Below, piece by piece: positions 28,801 to 36,983 of a DNA stretch of 55,902 bases (the stretch's first letter is position 1; every line of letters begins with the position of its first letter). Position numbers and translations under genes: made by a program. Source of the stretch: a virus (Duplodnaviria; Caudoviricetes); the IMG/VR virus record IMGVR_UViG_3300017699_000061, positions 1 through 55,902 of that record. One strand, 5' to 3'. The notes beneath the pieces were generated by a model, which saw only the letters and a program-made list of their open reading frames with translations, was not told where the DNA came from and did not search any database.

Positions 28801-29772
28801 TTAGATGATGCCGTTATTGTAACCCTTGTAGGAGTCCAATTCCTCCCACTTCTCGGAACTTGTCCAAGGCTTAGAAACCTCAGATAAGGGCTTGAATTTT
28901 CGAATGTAATTGGATCGAGCAATCTTCAAGATCCAGATGTTGTTCCGAGCGTAAGCCGGCATCAGAGGCGCGAAGATGGTCGCGAGGATGTTCGTATCGT
29001 AGTACTTATAGAGGCGCTCATACACCTCCTTGCTGCCCGGGATCTCCTTGAACATGACATCCCGGTAATCCCGAATGGAAGCGAACGTGCCGTAATTCTC
29101 GGCAATCTCATATCCCAAGTCCTCGATCAAAGCGCCCAATGCTTCACGCTTCATCTCGTTGACATGGTTGTCGGCGGCGCCAACGGACGAGTCATAGCAA
29201 GGCGTCGAGATGTAGGCGATAGGATCTTCATTGTGCTCGCGGTTTGTAGCAAGCATAATGGATCGCATCTTGGTCAACATGTGGCGAGCATGGCTCGGTT
29301 CTACATGCTCAAGGACTTCAAAACAGGTGATGATGTTGGGAAGATCGTGTTCGCCTTCCTCGACGTCACCGTCGACGTAGAGCACAGGCTTCACGGTGTC
29401 ATCGATGATCTCGGGCTTACGGACAAGCACCTGCTTGGAGGCGAAGTCCACAGAGCCATAGGCGGACAGTGGGAACTTGCCCTTGCTGAACATGTCCGTC
29501 TTGAACTTGGCCGACTTGTTGTAGTCCAGGCCGATGTAGTCGGCGACTATGAAGCGGTTCGAGTAGAGCATCTTGGCAAGTGGCATGTCGACGCCGCAGC
29601 CGATGTCGAGGACACGTGCAGTCTGATATCGACCACTTGTGCCCAATTTGCGGGCCACGTGGGTCCAACGGAAAACATGCGCGATATAGTCGCGATGGAT
29701 CATTATCCGTTCTTCTGCCGTATCAATCGACAGGTGTGTGTTGTCGATGCTCTTGCCTCGAACATTGGCCAT
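28801..29772 (-). CDS. Class I SAM-dependent methyltransferase (small-molecule type)
   Basis: VLDIGCG motif I, YIGLD, CFEVLEHV, ISTP; no DPPY/NPPF/PC DNA-MTase catalytic motif. Confidence 0.82.
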   Translation of the reverse strand: MANVRGKSIDNTHLSIDTAEERIMIHRDYIAHVFRWTHVARKLGTSGRYQTARVLDIGCGVDMPLAKMLYSNRFIVADYIGLDYNKSAKFKTDMFSKGKFPLSAYGSVDFASKQVLVRKPEIIDDTVKPVLYVDGDVEEGEHDLPNIITCFEVLEHVEPSHARHMLTKMRSIMLATNREHNEDPIAYISTPCYDSSVGAADNHVNEMKREALGALIEDLGYEIAENYGTFASIRDYRDVMFKEIPGSKEVYERLYKYYDTNILATIFAPLMPAYARNNIWILKIARSNYIRKFKPLSEVSKPWTSSEKWEELDSYKGYNNGII

Positions 29773-29814
29773 ACTCAGATCCTCAAATTGTGATGGGAAT
29801 TCGTTACAATTCCC

Positions 29815-29843
29815 ATAATAGAGGATTGTCGAGCTAAAGTAAA
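29815..29843 (-). promoter_or_regulatory. Promoter of the modification/PolA operon
   Basis: TTTACT-N17-TATTAT; overlapped by inverted repeat ATGGGAATT-N6-AATTCCCAT (29793-29816). Confidence 0.7.
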
Positions 29844-29867
29844 CTCAAATAGTAGCCGGGCTATAGA

Positions 29868-29896
29868 TAAAGAAAAAGGACGCCGAAGCGCCCTTC
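29868..29896 (-). terminator. Intrinsic terminator
   Basis: AAGGGCGC-TTCG-GCGTCCTT followed by TTCTTT. Confidence 0.8.
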
Positions 29897-29920
29897 ATTC
29901 ACGACTACACTTAGTGGTGT

Positions 29921-30100
29921 TCAGGCCTCCACGTAGGTGGAGGTGAACTTCTCGATCTTGCTCTGAAGAACCGCGCCCTTCTTGCTGCCATCCTCCTTCA
30001 TGGCGTGGTAGTTAACGGCACCCTTAGCGAGAACCGAGGTCACCTTGACCAGCTTGCTGGTGTTGATGTTGCGGTAGTTGCTGTCGATCTGGATGGTCAT
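29921..30100 (-). CDS. Small hypothetical protein (59 aa), monocistronic
   Basis: MTIQIDSNYRNINTSKLVKV..; SD ACGGAG; own promoter and terminator. Confidence 0.75.
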   Translation of the reverse strand: MTIQIDSNYRNINTSKLVKVTSVLAKGAVNYHAMKEDGSKKGAVLQSKIEKFTSTYVEA

Positions 30101-30125
30101 GGTGTGTCTCCGTGGTTGATGATTA

Positions 30126-30154
30126 TTTATATGACGAAACGACAGCTAGGTAAA
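30126..30154 (-). promoter_or_regulatory. Phage promoter (subclass sharing CATATAAATAATCATC with 31960-31988)
   Basis: TTTACC-N17-TATAAA. Confidence 0.65.
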
Positions 30155-30175
30155 CAACAAAATGCGCAATCTGCA

Positions 30176-30215
30176 AATAAAAAGAGGGCCCAAAGCATTT
30201 CTGCCTTGGACCCTC
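30176..30215 (-). terminator. Intrinsic terminator
   Basis: GAGGGTCCAAGGCA-GAAA-TGCTTTGGGCCCTC then TTTTTATTT. Confidence 0.85.
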
Positions 30216-30306
30216 CCTCCAGCCGCTCAGCTCGTGCTGATGACTGCTCCCTCGCGGGCGGTCAACCCACCGCGGAGACGAATGGGTTGACCATCCGCTC
30301 CGGGGC

Positions 30307-30654
30307 TCAGGCCGCCGCCGACTCCTCAGCCGCGGGCTCCGCGGCAGCTTCCTTGGCCTTCTTGCCGCGCTTGGGCTTCTCGGCGCCCTCGGCGACTTCC
30401 TTGGCCGGCTTCTCGTCCGCGCCCTCGATCGTGATGAGGCCATCCTCGACCATGCGCTTGGTGTAGAACTTGAACACGCGAGCGGCGCCCTGGCGCGACT
30501 TGAACCGCTCGTCCGCGTCGATCTTCTCGAACAGGTCCGACAGCGAGGTGGCGGTGCCGATGCCAGCCTGGTCGTTCAGAACGCCGAGCATCGCCTGGAT
30601 CTGCGGGGTCTTGACTTCGTCGCCGGGAACCTTGAGAAGGGTGACGGTCTTCAT
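30307..30654 (-). CDS. Putative winged-helix DNA-binding protein with Lys/Ala/Glu tail (paralogue 1)
   Basis: PQ..AML...KSRQ...RVF.FY...M...GLI; SD AGGAG; own promoter. Confidence 0.7.
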   Translation of the reverse strand: MKTVTLLKVPGDEVKTPQIQAMLGVLNDQAGIGTATSLSDLFEKIDADERFKSRQGAARVFKFYTKRMVEDGLITIEGADEKPAKEVAEGAEKPKRGKKAKEAAAEPAAEESAAA

Positions 30655-30708
30655 GGTAGAAATCTCCTGGTTGAGGTTGTGAGCGTCAGTGCTCGTTGAC
30701 CTGGGTTG

Positions 30709-30737
30709 ATAGTAGTCTCGAACCAAAAACTTGTACA
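30709..30737 (-). promoter_or_regulatory. Phage promoter
   Basis: TGTACA-N17-TACTAT. Confidence 0.75.
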
Positions 30738-30762
30738 CCCATAAAGTGTGCCAAGCTTGAGT

Positions 30763-31098
30763 TTATTTATGAGTCACTCCAAGATCAAGGTGGCCATCGT
30801 GGCCGAGCTTGGCGTGCTCGATCTCGTAGTCATGTTTCTCAATGTGGCGAAACATGGCTCTGGCTTCGTGAAGCGCTATCACCATACGAAGATGATAGAT
30901 GATCTGCGCATTGCCTTCCCAAGGCACTTCGGCATTGAGAAACTTTACGCGATCGATCAGTGCACGACAGACTTCTTGGTTTGTGGTGCCCTGCTTAGGT
31001 GGCTGTGGATGACGCTGAACAAACTGCAGGTGATGACGACCTTCACCATCGAGCTGATCCAGTGAATAGGTGTGGCCTGGAGTGATAACTATAGGCAT
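30763..31098 (-). CDS. Acb2/Tad1-like helical-hairpin protein (candidate immune-signal sponge)
   Basis: GH.Y.L..L.F..GTTNQEV...LIDR..FL....P...N..I..L pattern. Confidence 0.55.
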   Translation of the reverse strand: MPIVITPGHTYSLDQLDGEGRHHLQFVQRHPQPPKQGTTNQEVCRALIDRVKFLNAEVPWEGNAQIIYHLRMVIALHEARAMFRHIEKHDYEIEHAKLGHDGHLDLGVTHK

Positions 31099-31316
31099 GG
31101 TTAGATCCTCTGTGAGGGTGAGGCATAGCATTCAGTCGCCAGCGGCTATGCCTCAGATGAAGCTGGCTTATCGTAGGCCCATTAGTGGCGGCCCATTCTC
31201 AGCCTCCTTCGTTGTCCGACAGACACCCGTGTCGTCGGCGCAAGGCCCGGCCTACAGTTGGCTACGGGCTCGGCTCATGGAGGATCTCCGGCCCCGAAGG
31301 GCCGGAGTCTCTATTC
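31099..31316 (-). ncRNA. Structured intergenic RNA/leader with pseudoknot and tandem minigenes
   Basis: UUCG hairpin 31286-31307; GTAGGCC/GGCCTAC stem; 11-bp stem TGAGGCATAGC/GCTATGCCTCA whose loop GCTGGC can pair with upstream GCCAGC. Confidence 0.5.
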
Positions 31317-31910
31317 TCACTCTTCGTCGTCGGAGTCTTCGTCCTCGGACTCGTCCTCGACTTCGGCATCCTCATCGTCGGACTTGCCGACGGCATGGAT
31401 CAGGCCGAGAACTTCCAGAGCACGCCGATAGTAGGCGAAGAGCTGGTCATCCTCGATCTTGGAGGTGACGAACTTGAGGGCCTTCGCATAGCCGGCGATA
31501 TCGGAGCCGATCATGGCGTCGCGCGGCGAGATGATCTGAGCCGAAGCGAGATACTCGAGAAGGCCACGAACCTGCTTCGGGGCGGCGTTGAACGCCTCCT
31601 TGTATCCGTCCGTCCAGAGGGCGGGGTTGGCAACCGCCTTGTTCAGATAGTAGAACTTGTGCTTGAAGGGCTGATTGCCGGACAGGTTGTTGCCATGCCG
31701 GATGATCTTGCCCTCAGCGTCCCTGGCGCGCAGGGAGGGATACCGACGAACGACATTTTTGATGGCGTTCTTGTCGATGGTGGGGGTCTCGGCCTTGACC
31801 TGCATCTCGTAGACGCCGATGGCGCTCTCGAGCTGGTCCTTGGTCATCTCGTGGCGACCGGTGATGTTGTAGAGCTTGGCCTTGGCCAGCAGATCGGTCT
31901 TCGTGGTCAT
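31317..31910 (-). CDS. Rho-N-like HEH domain plus putative winged-helix domain, acidic tail (paralogue 2)
   Basis: TKTDL..KAK..NI.GR..M.K..L..AI (Rho_N pattern); PKQ...LL...TSK....LFAYY...L...GLI. Confidence 0.7.
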   Translation of the reverse strand: MTTKTDLLAKAKLYNITGRHEMTKDQLESAIGVYEMQVKAETPTIDKNAIKNVVRRYPSLRARDAEGKIIRHGNNLSGNQPFKHKFYYLNKAVANPALWTDGYKEAFNAAPKQVRGLLEYLASAQIISPRDAMIGSDIAGYAKALKFVTSKIEDDQLFAYYRRALEVLGLIHAVGKSDDEDAEVEDESEDEDSDDEE

Positions 31911-31959
31911 GATCGTCTCTCCGCTCTTGCGCCGCACGTTTTGTTCGACGCGATGATTA

Positions 31960-31988
31960 TTTATATGCCGCGCTACCGGGTATGTAAA
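31960..31988 (-). promoter_or_regulatory. Leftward promoter of the divergent region
   Basis: TTTACA-N17-TATAAA. Confidence 0.7.
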
Positions 31989-32085
31989 CAGCTATTTTGG
32001 CATTTTTCGAACTATTTTTGGCCGCCCATGGAGGGTATATAGAGAGCGGCGATTTCACAAAGAACACCAAGCCTGCAAATTGAAT

Positions 32086-32114
32086 TGTACATTACCCGTT
32101 AAGCGATATAATGT
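32086..32114 (+). promoter_or_regulatory. Rightward promoter of the divergent region
   Basis: TGTACA-N17-TAATGT (overlapping TATAAT). Confidence 0.7.
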
Positions 32115-32160
32115 CATAATTCGGACAAATGTCCGGTTGCATTTCAGAGCGGAGAATGTG

Positions 32161-32853
32161 ATGCACTCTTACGAAGAACGGCCCCCTGGTCAATGGGTTG
32201 TCGTGCTATTTCCCCAGACCAAATCCAAGGACTATTCGGATGTTCGGCTTTATCCATCGCTGGACGCGGCGGTTAATCGGTATGCCAAGGCAACCCGAAC
32301 CCTCCATGTTTACTCAAGTCCTGGAGAACTCGTCCACCGCCACGGGGGCCCAGTTCTACATAAGTTCCTCACCGACATTGGTGACCAATTTTCCGACGCT
32401 CGTAACCGATACCGCAAGTGTGAGATCGGTGACGCCGAGCTGAGTGTCGCCGAAATCCACTCAAGTGAGCGTGCTAAAGTCGCCGATGAGCTGTGGCGTA
32501 TCTGCCAACTGATCGGCGACAAGTGCACTGGACCTTCAGTCGGTGTTGATGACGACGACCATTTCAAGATCCGCATCGATCGGATGACGACGCCAGAGGG
32601 TCGCGAGACTTGGGGCAAGTTTCCCAAGCAGGCTCGACAGATTATCGAGGCGTTGATCGCAAATGCCAAGTCGATCATGCCAGAGTCTGAACTTCAGAAG
32701 CTGGTGTCTGGACTCGTTGCCAACCGCATCATGAAAACCAAGCAGGATCCATGGCGGATCTTCGCTTACTACGCCCCCATGTTCGGGGATGCTGGCCTGC
32801 TCTATTATCCGGGGAAGCGCCACAAACTAGAAGACCACGAAGAAAATATCTGA
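32161..32853 (+). CDS. Hypothetical protein with C-terminal putative winged-helix domain (paralogue 3)
   Basis: PKQARQII..L...KTKQDPWRIFAYY...F...GLL; SD GGAG. Confidence 0.7.
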   Translation: MHSYEERPPGQWVVVLFPQTKSKDYSDVRLYPSLDAAVNRYAKATRTLHVYSSPGELVHRHGGPVLHKFLTDIGDQFSDARNRYRKCEIGDAELSVAEIHSSERAKVADELWRICQLIGDKCTGPSVGVDDDDHFKIRIDRMTTPEGRETWGKFPKQARQIIEALIANAKSIMPESELQKLVSGLVANRIMKTKQDPWRIFAYYAPMFGDAGLLYYPGKRHKLEDHEENI

Positions 32854-32873
32854 GCTGCACGGCTCGAGGGTCT

Positions 32874-35126
32874 ATGATGTCAAAGATAACCTGCGAAGAG
32901 ATCGCTGCCCAATTGGGCGGCGGTAAGGAGAAACGCAATGGTGATGGTTCATGGAATACCCGGTGTCCGGCCCATAACGATGATGGCCCATCGCTTTCGG
33001 TAAGCGAGAAGAACGGGAAGATCCTCGTTCGCTGCCATGCCGGCTGTACACAAGAAGCTGTAATCAACGCCTTGCGTGATCGCGGACTTTGGCCCAAAAT
33101 CACCAAGACATGGACCGCCAAGCCGCATGCTCCAAAGGGATCTACTCCACCCTCGAATATGGAGCACCCCAAGTATGGCAAGGCTAAGAACAGCTGGGTT
33201 TATCGAAATCGCCAAGGCCTGATAGCGGGCGTCATCTGCCGTTTTGATTACCTCGATGATGGCAAACTCCGCAAGGAGATTTTGCCGATGACGTGGTGCA
33301 TGTCCGAAGAGGGCGAGCACCGTTGGTGGTGGAAACAGATGCCGGAACCTCGGTGTCTCTATAACGAGCACCGACTCGAGGAACACAAGCCCATCATTCT
33401 CACTGAAGGTGAGAAGGCCTGCGACGCTGCCCAGAAGATCGTGGGTGATGCCTATCTGTGCATGACATGGCCGGGCGGTAGTAAAGCAGTCAAACGCGCC
33501 AACTGGAAGCAGCTCAAGAACCGCGACATCATCATCTGGCCTGACGCCGATGAACCTGGCGACATGGCAGCGCGTTGGCTCGCCGAGATCCTCATCGAGG
33601 AAGGTGCAAGATCCGTCAGGCGTGTGATGCTGCCGGAAGGTCTGCCTGAAGGATGGGACCTGGCTGACGAGATGCCAGCAGGCTTCAACTTTGACCCCCT
33701 CACCATTATTCGCACAGCGCCTGAATACAAGCCGCAAGGCGACTCGGTCATCGAGAAGTTCAACCGTGAATTTGCGCTGGTAATGATTGGTGGTCAAGCT
33801 GTAGTTCTACAGGAAGAGCGCAATACAGCTGAAGGACGCGTGGATCTCAAATACCTGTCCATTACAGCCTTCAAGGAGTTTTACGGAAATCGACAGGTAA
33901 TACAGGGCAAGCAACAAATACCGGAAAGCACATACTGGATCAAGCACGAGGAACGCAGGTCATACACCTCCGTTATATTCGAGCCGAACAATCCATCCAA
34001 GACCGCTTACAATCTGTGGAGAGGATTTTCAGTAGAAGCTGATCCAACTGGTGATTGGTCTTTACTTCAGGATCACATCGAGCAAAATCTTGCCAAGGGA
34101 GACTTGTCTCTGGCTCACTGGATCCTCGGGTGGTTTGCCCATATCATCCAGTATCCTGATCACAAGGTCGGAACATCATTGGCCTTTCGTGGTCGTCAGG
34201 GAACAGGCAAGACGATTATTGGAAAGGCCATGGGTCAACTCTATCGGCCTCACTACGTGCTTGTGGAAGACTCGAGATATGTGCTCGGCAACTTCAACAG
34301 CCATATGGCCTCGACTCTGCTTCTGCATGCTGACGAAGCATTCTTCGCGGGTGATCCACGACATGTCGGGCGTCTCAGAGGTATGGTGACATCTGATACT
34401 CATCGGATCGAGATGAAGGGCAAGGACTCTTTCGAAGTCAACAACTACATGCGGCTCTTGGTGACGTCGAACAATGACTTCATCATGCCGGCAGCATTCG
34501 AGGAAAGACGTTTCGCGGTTCTCGATGCTGGCGAAGGACGCATCCAAGACAAGCCATACTTCAAGGCTCTGTGGAAGCAGCTACAGAATGGTGGGTTTGG
34601 TGGTCTGCTTCACTATCTGCAGACCTTTGATCTGTCCAGTGTAGACATCGGCGTTATCCCATCAACTGCAGCTCTTCAGGAGCAGAAGCTATACAGCCTT
34701 GATGGAGTCATGCGCTTCTGGTTTGAACGTCTGTGGCAAGGTCAGGCACTGCCTCACCTTGACAAGGACATGTGGCCTGACTTCGTGGCCATTGAGGATC
34801 TCTATGACGCTTATCTGAAGCGGTCAGAAGCTTGGGGCGAACGTCGTCGAGTTGACATTCCGACATTCGGCAAAGAGCTCAAGAAGATCTGGCCCGGTGT
34901 CGTGCTGAATAAGAAACATGTCTCGATCAAGCGAATGGATCGCTACGGGACGCTCAGTGATCAGATGGTTTGGGCATACAAGCTTGATCATCTGTCTGTC
35001 CACAGGAAGGTCTTCTCAGACGTCTGTGGTGAAGTGGACTGGCCTGCTGAGGGTGAGGATACTCCTGAACTGCCGAAGTTCAAGGAGACCAAGACCACAC
35101 TACTTGATGATGACGTTCCATTCTAG
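32874..35126 (+). CDS. Primase-helicase: Zn-binding domain, TOPRIM and P-loop NTPase
   Basis: CPAH..CHAGC, EGEKA.DA, WPDAD..G, GWDLAD, G.QGTGKT, ADE, SN, ERRF. Confidence 0.9.
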   Translation: MMSKITCEEIAAQLGGGKEKRNGDGSWNTRCPAHNDDGPSLSVSEKNGKILVRCHAGCTQEAVINALRDRGLWPKITKTWTAKPHAPKGSTPPSNMEHPKYGKAKNSWVYRNRQGLIAGVICRFDYLDDGKLRKEILPMTWCMSEEGEHRWWWKQMPEPRCLYNEHRLEEHKPIILTEGEKACDAAQKIVGDAYLCMTWPGGSKAVKRANWKQLKNRDIIIWPDADEPGDMAARWLAEILIEEGARSVRRVMLPEGLPEGWDLADEMPAGFNFDPLTIIRTAPEYKPQGDSVIEKFNREFALVMIGGQAVVLQEERNTAEGRVDLKYLSITAFKEFYGNRQVIQGKQQIPESTYWIKHEERRSYTSVIFEPNNPSKTAYNLWRGFSVEADPTGDWSLLQDHIEQNLAKGDLSLAHWILGWFAHIIQYPDHKVGTSLAFRGRQGTGKTIIGKAMGQLYRPHYVLVEDSRYVLGNFNSHMASTLLLHADEAFFAGDPRHVGRLRGMVTSDTHRIEMKGKDSFEVNNYMRLLVTSNNDFIMPAAFEERRFAVLDAGEGRIQDKPYFKALWKQLQNGGFGGLLHYLQTFDLSSVDIGVIPSTAALQEQKLYSLDGVMRFWFERLWQGQALPHLDKDMWPDFVAIEDLYDAYLKRSEAWGERRRVDIPTFGKELKKIWPGVVLNKKHVSIKRMDRYGTLSDQMVWAYKLDHLSVHRKVFSDVCGEVDWPAEGEDTPELPKFKETKTTLLDDDVPF

Positions 35127-35128
35127 TA

Positions 35129-35170
35129 GTGCCCGACATCATACCTTTGTATCAGTGTGATGTCGGGCAC
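35129..35170. terminator. Long hairpin between convergent primase and thyA genes
   Basis: GTGCCCGACATCATAC-N10-GTGTGATGTCGGGCAC, 16-bp stem with one G-U pair. Confidence 0.75.
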
Positions 35171-35180
35171 CTGAATTATA

Positions 35181-36014
35181 CTAAACTGATACTTGAGCTT
35201 TGATAGCTGGATGAGAGACGTAGTTGCTCAAGCTGATGTATTCAGCTTTCACATCCCAAACATCCTTGACAGTGTCGGCGCCGGAATGAAGATGAAGACT
35301 TGGAAATGGCAGTGGAGTACGCTCAAGTTGTTCAGCAGCAGCATCTAGGTGGTTGTTGTAAAGATGCAGATCACCGAAGGTGTGGACGAAGTCCCCAACC
35401 TCTAAATCGCAAACTGCTGCCATGAGATGTGTCAACAAGGCATAACTTGCAATGTTGAATGGCACACCGAGGAAGATATCGGCACTGCGTTGATAGAGTT
35501 GGCAGGACAGCTTGCCGTCCGCGACGAAGAACTGAAACAGGCAGTGGCACGGACTAAGAGCCATAGCCGGCAGGTCCACTGGGTTCCAAGCCGAGACGAC
35601 GATACGGCGCGAGTTCGGATCGTTGCGGATCAGGTGCTGGGCCTGCGCGATTTGGTCGATGTGGTTGCGTTCGCCCCACTGGTCGCGATGGAACCAGCTC
35701 CGCCACTGCGCACCATAGACTGGACCTAGATTGCCTTGCTTATCGGCCCATTCATCCCAGATGTGGACTCCCTGTTCTTGTAGTGATTTCACGTTGGTTT
35801 CGCCCCGCAGCATCCAGAGCAACTCAGCAACGACGCCCTTCCAGAACACCTTCTTGGTGGTCAGGAGCGGAAACCCCTGCTGGAGGTCGAAACGCATTTG
35901 AGCTCCGAAGATGCCTCGCGTCCCTGTGCCGGTGCGGTCCCCTCTCTCGGCGACATCCGTTCCATATCGTAACCGACGTAAAAGATCAAGATATTGATGT
36001 TCTGGGTGTCTCAT
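35181..36014 (-). CDS. thyA: Canonical thymidylate synthase
   Basis: [52 protein letters not shown]. Confidence 0.95.
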   Translation of the reverse strand: MRHPEHQYLDLLRRLRYGTDVAERGDRTGTGTRGIFGAQMRFDLQQGFPLLTTKKVFWKGVVAELLWMLRGETNVKSLQEQGVHIWDEWADKQGNLGPVYGAQWRSWFHRDQWGERNHIDQIAQAQHLIRNDPNSRRIVVSAWNPVDLPAMALSPCHCLFQFFVADGKLSCQLYQRSADIFLGVPFNIASYALLTHLMAAVCDLEVGDFVHTFGDLHLYNNHLDAAAEQLERTPLPFPSLHLHSGADTVKDVWDVKAEYISLSNYVSHPAIKAQVSV

Positions 36015-36703
36015 CTTTGAATTCCTCCTGATTTACGAGCGAGATGATGCTTGACGGTGGCGTAGAAGTCTTCGTCCTTGCCATCGATGTTGGCAAGCCA
36101 CTGAAGATAGGCTGTCGGGAGAGAGTCAAAACGTTGCCCTGCGTGTTTGCCAAAAGAGATCTTCTCATGGATCACAGGGGTCTGGGTCAACTCGATCAGG
36201 CGCTCAACATCACCAGCCACCTTGACAAGGTAGTTGAAGAGCGAAGCCGTGACGATGGCATCATACAGAGCACGATGTGGGGCAAGGTCCTTGGGAACCT
36301 CACAGTCAAGCTTGAGATGGTAGCGCAACACCTGATTGGCGTGACCCGGCGCATCCTTGATCAGGTGACGAGAAGCCCTCAAGGTGCACAACCACGCCTT
36401 GTCGAACTTGGGGACGAACCGTCGATCGAATGGAGCGTTGTGGGCTCCGACGTAATCGGCACCAGTAACCCAGCCATGAGCTTCTTTCATGAACTCGTCG
36501 TGGGGCATGGCTTCAGCCACATCCGCATCGACAAGGTGATGGACAGCTGAGGCTCCAGGCGGAATGGGAATGCCTGGGTTCACAAGAGTCTGATAGGTGT
36601 CGACGATACGATCCCCATCAAGAACGACATGTGCATACTCGACTACTTTGTCAGTCGGGCCAACGCCCGTGGTTTCGGTATCCAGAATGTAGACGAGTGT
36701 CAC
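36011..36703 (-). CDS. DEDDh 3'-5' exonuclease, exodeoxyribonuclease X-like
   Basis: [20 protein letters not shown]; C-terminal FGKH.G..YL.W. Confidence 0.88.
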   Translation of the reverse strand: MTLVYILDTETTGVGPTDKVVEYAHVVLDGDRIVDTYQTLVNPGIPIPPGASAVHHLVDADVAEAMPHDEFMKEAHGWVTGADYVGAHNAPFDRRFVPKFDKAWLCTLRASRHLIKDAPGHANQVLRYHLKLDCEVPKDLAPHRALYDAIVTASLFNYLVKVAGDVERLIELTQTPVIHEKISFGKHAGQRFDSLPTAYLQWLANIDGKDEDFYATVKHHLARKSGGIQR

Positions 36704-36719
36704 GAGGATCTCCTTAAGG

Positions 36720-36914
36720 TCACTTGCACCTGTCCTTCATGGCGATGGCGGTTGCAAGAACGGCTGGCCAAGCAACGGCCAAGGTAACGCGGTTTCTGTC
36801 GTCATTGATGGTCTGTGAAGACCTGCATTTTTCAGCTATGATGACATGCACACCTTCAACGGCGGCAACACCGCACATGTAGTAGATTATGAAGGCCATA
36901 ATAAATCGAGCCAT
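36720..36914 (-). CDS. Small membrane protein
   Basis: SD GAGGAG, own promoter, hydrophobic segments with WP motif. Confidence 0.6.
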   Translation of the reverse strand: MARFIMAFIIYYMCGVAAVEGVHVIIAEKCRSSQTINDDRNRVTLAVAWPAVLATAIAMKDRCK

Positions 36915-36937
36915 GTGAAGTCTCCTCTCTTGGATCC

Positions 36938-36966
36938 AATGTATAGTGATTTGGTTATATTGTACA
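36938..36966 (-). promoter_or_regulatory. Phage promoter
   Basis: TGTACA-N17-TACATT. Confidence 0.65.
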
Positions 36967-36983
36967 CAAGATGATGTGCCTGA

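Noticed and set aside
23784-29772. Z-genome (purZ) or 7-deazaguanine (dpdA/queCDE/folE) system
   Set aside because: No adenylosuccinate-synthetase-like, TGT-like or queuosine-pathway ORF recognised in the window
31185-31230. HDV-like ribozyme (CAGCCTCCTTCG resembles the HDV P3/L3 region)
   Set aside because: Could not build the required P1/P2 nested pseudoknot on either strand; the motif is better explained as the complement of the SD AAGGAGG
31185-32042. 285-aa plus-strand ORF
   Set aside because: Antisense to gene 31317-31910, which has SD, promoter and recognisable domains
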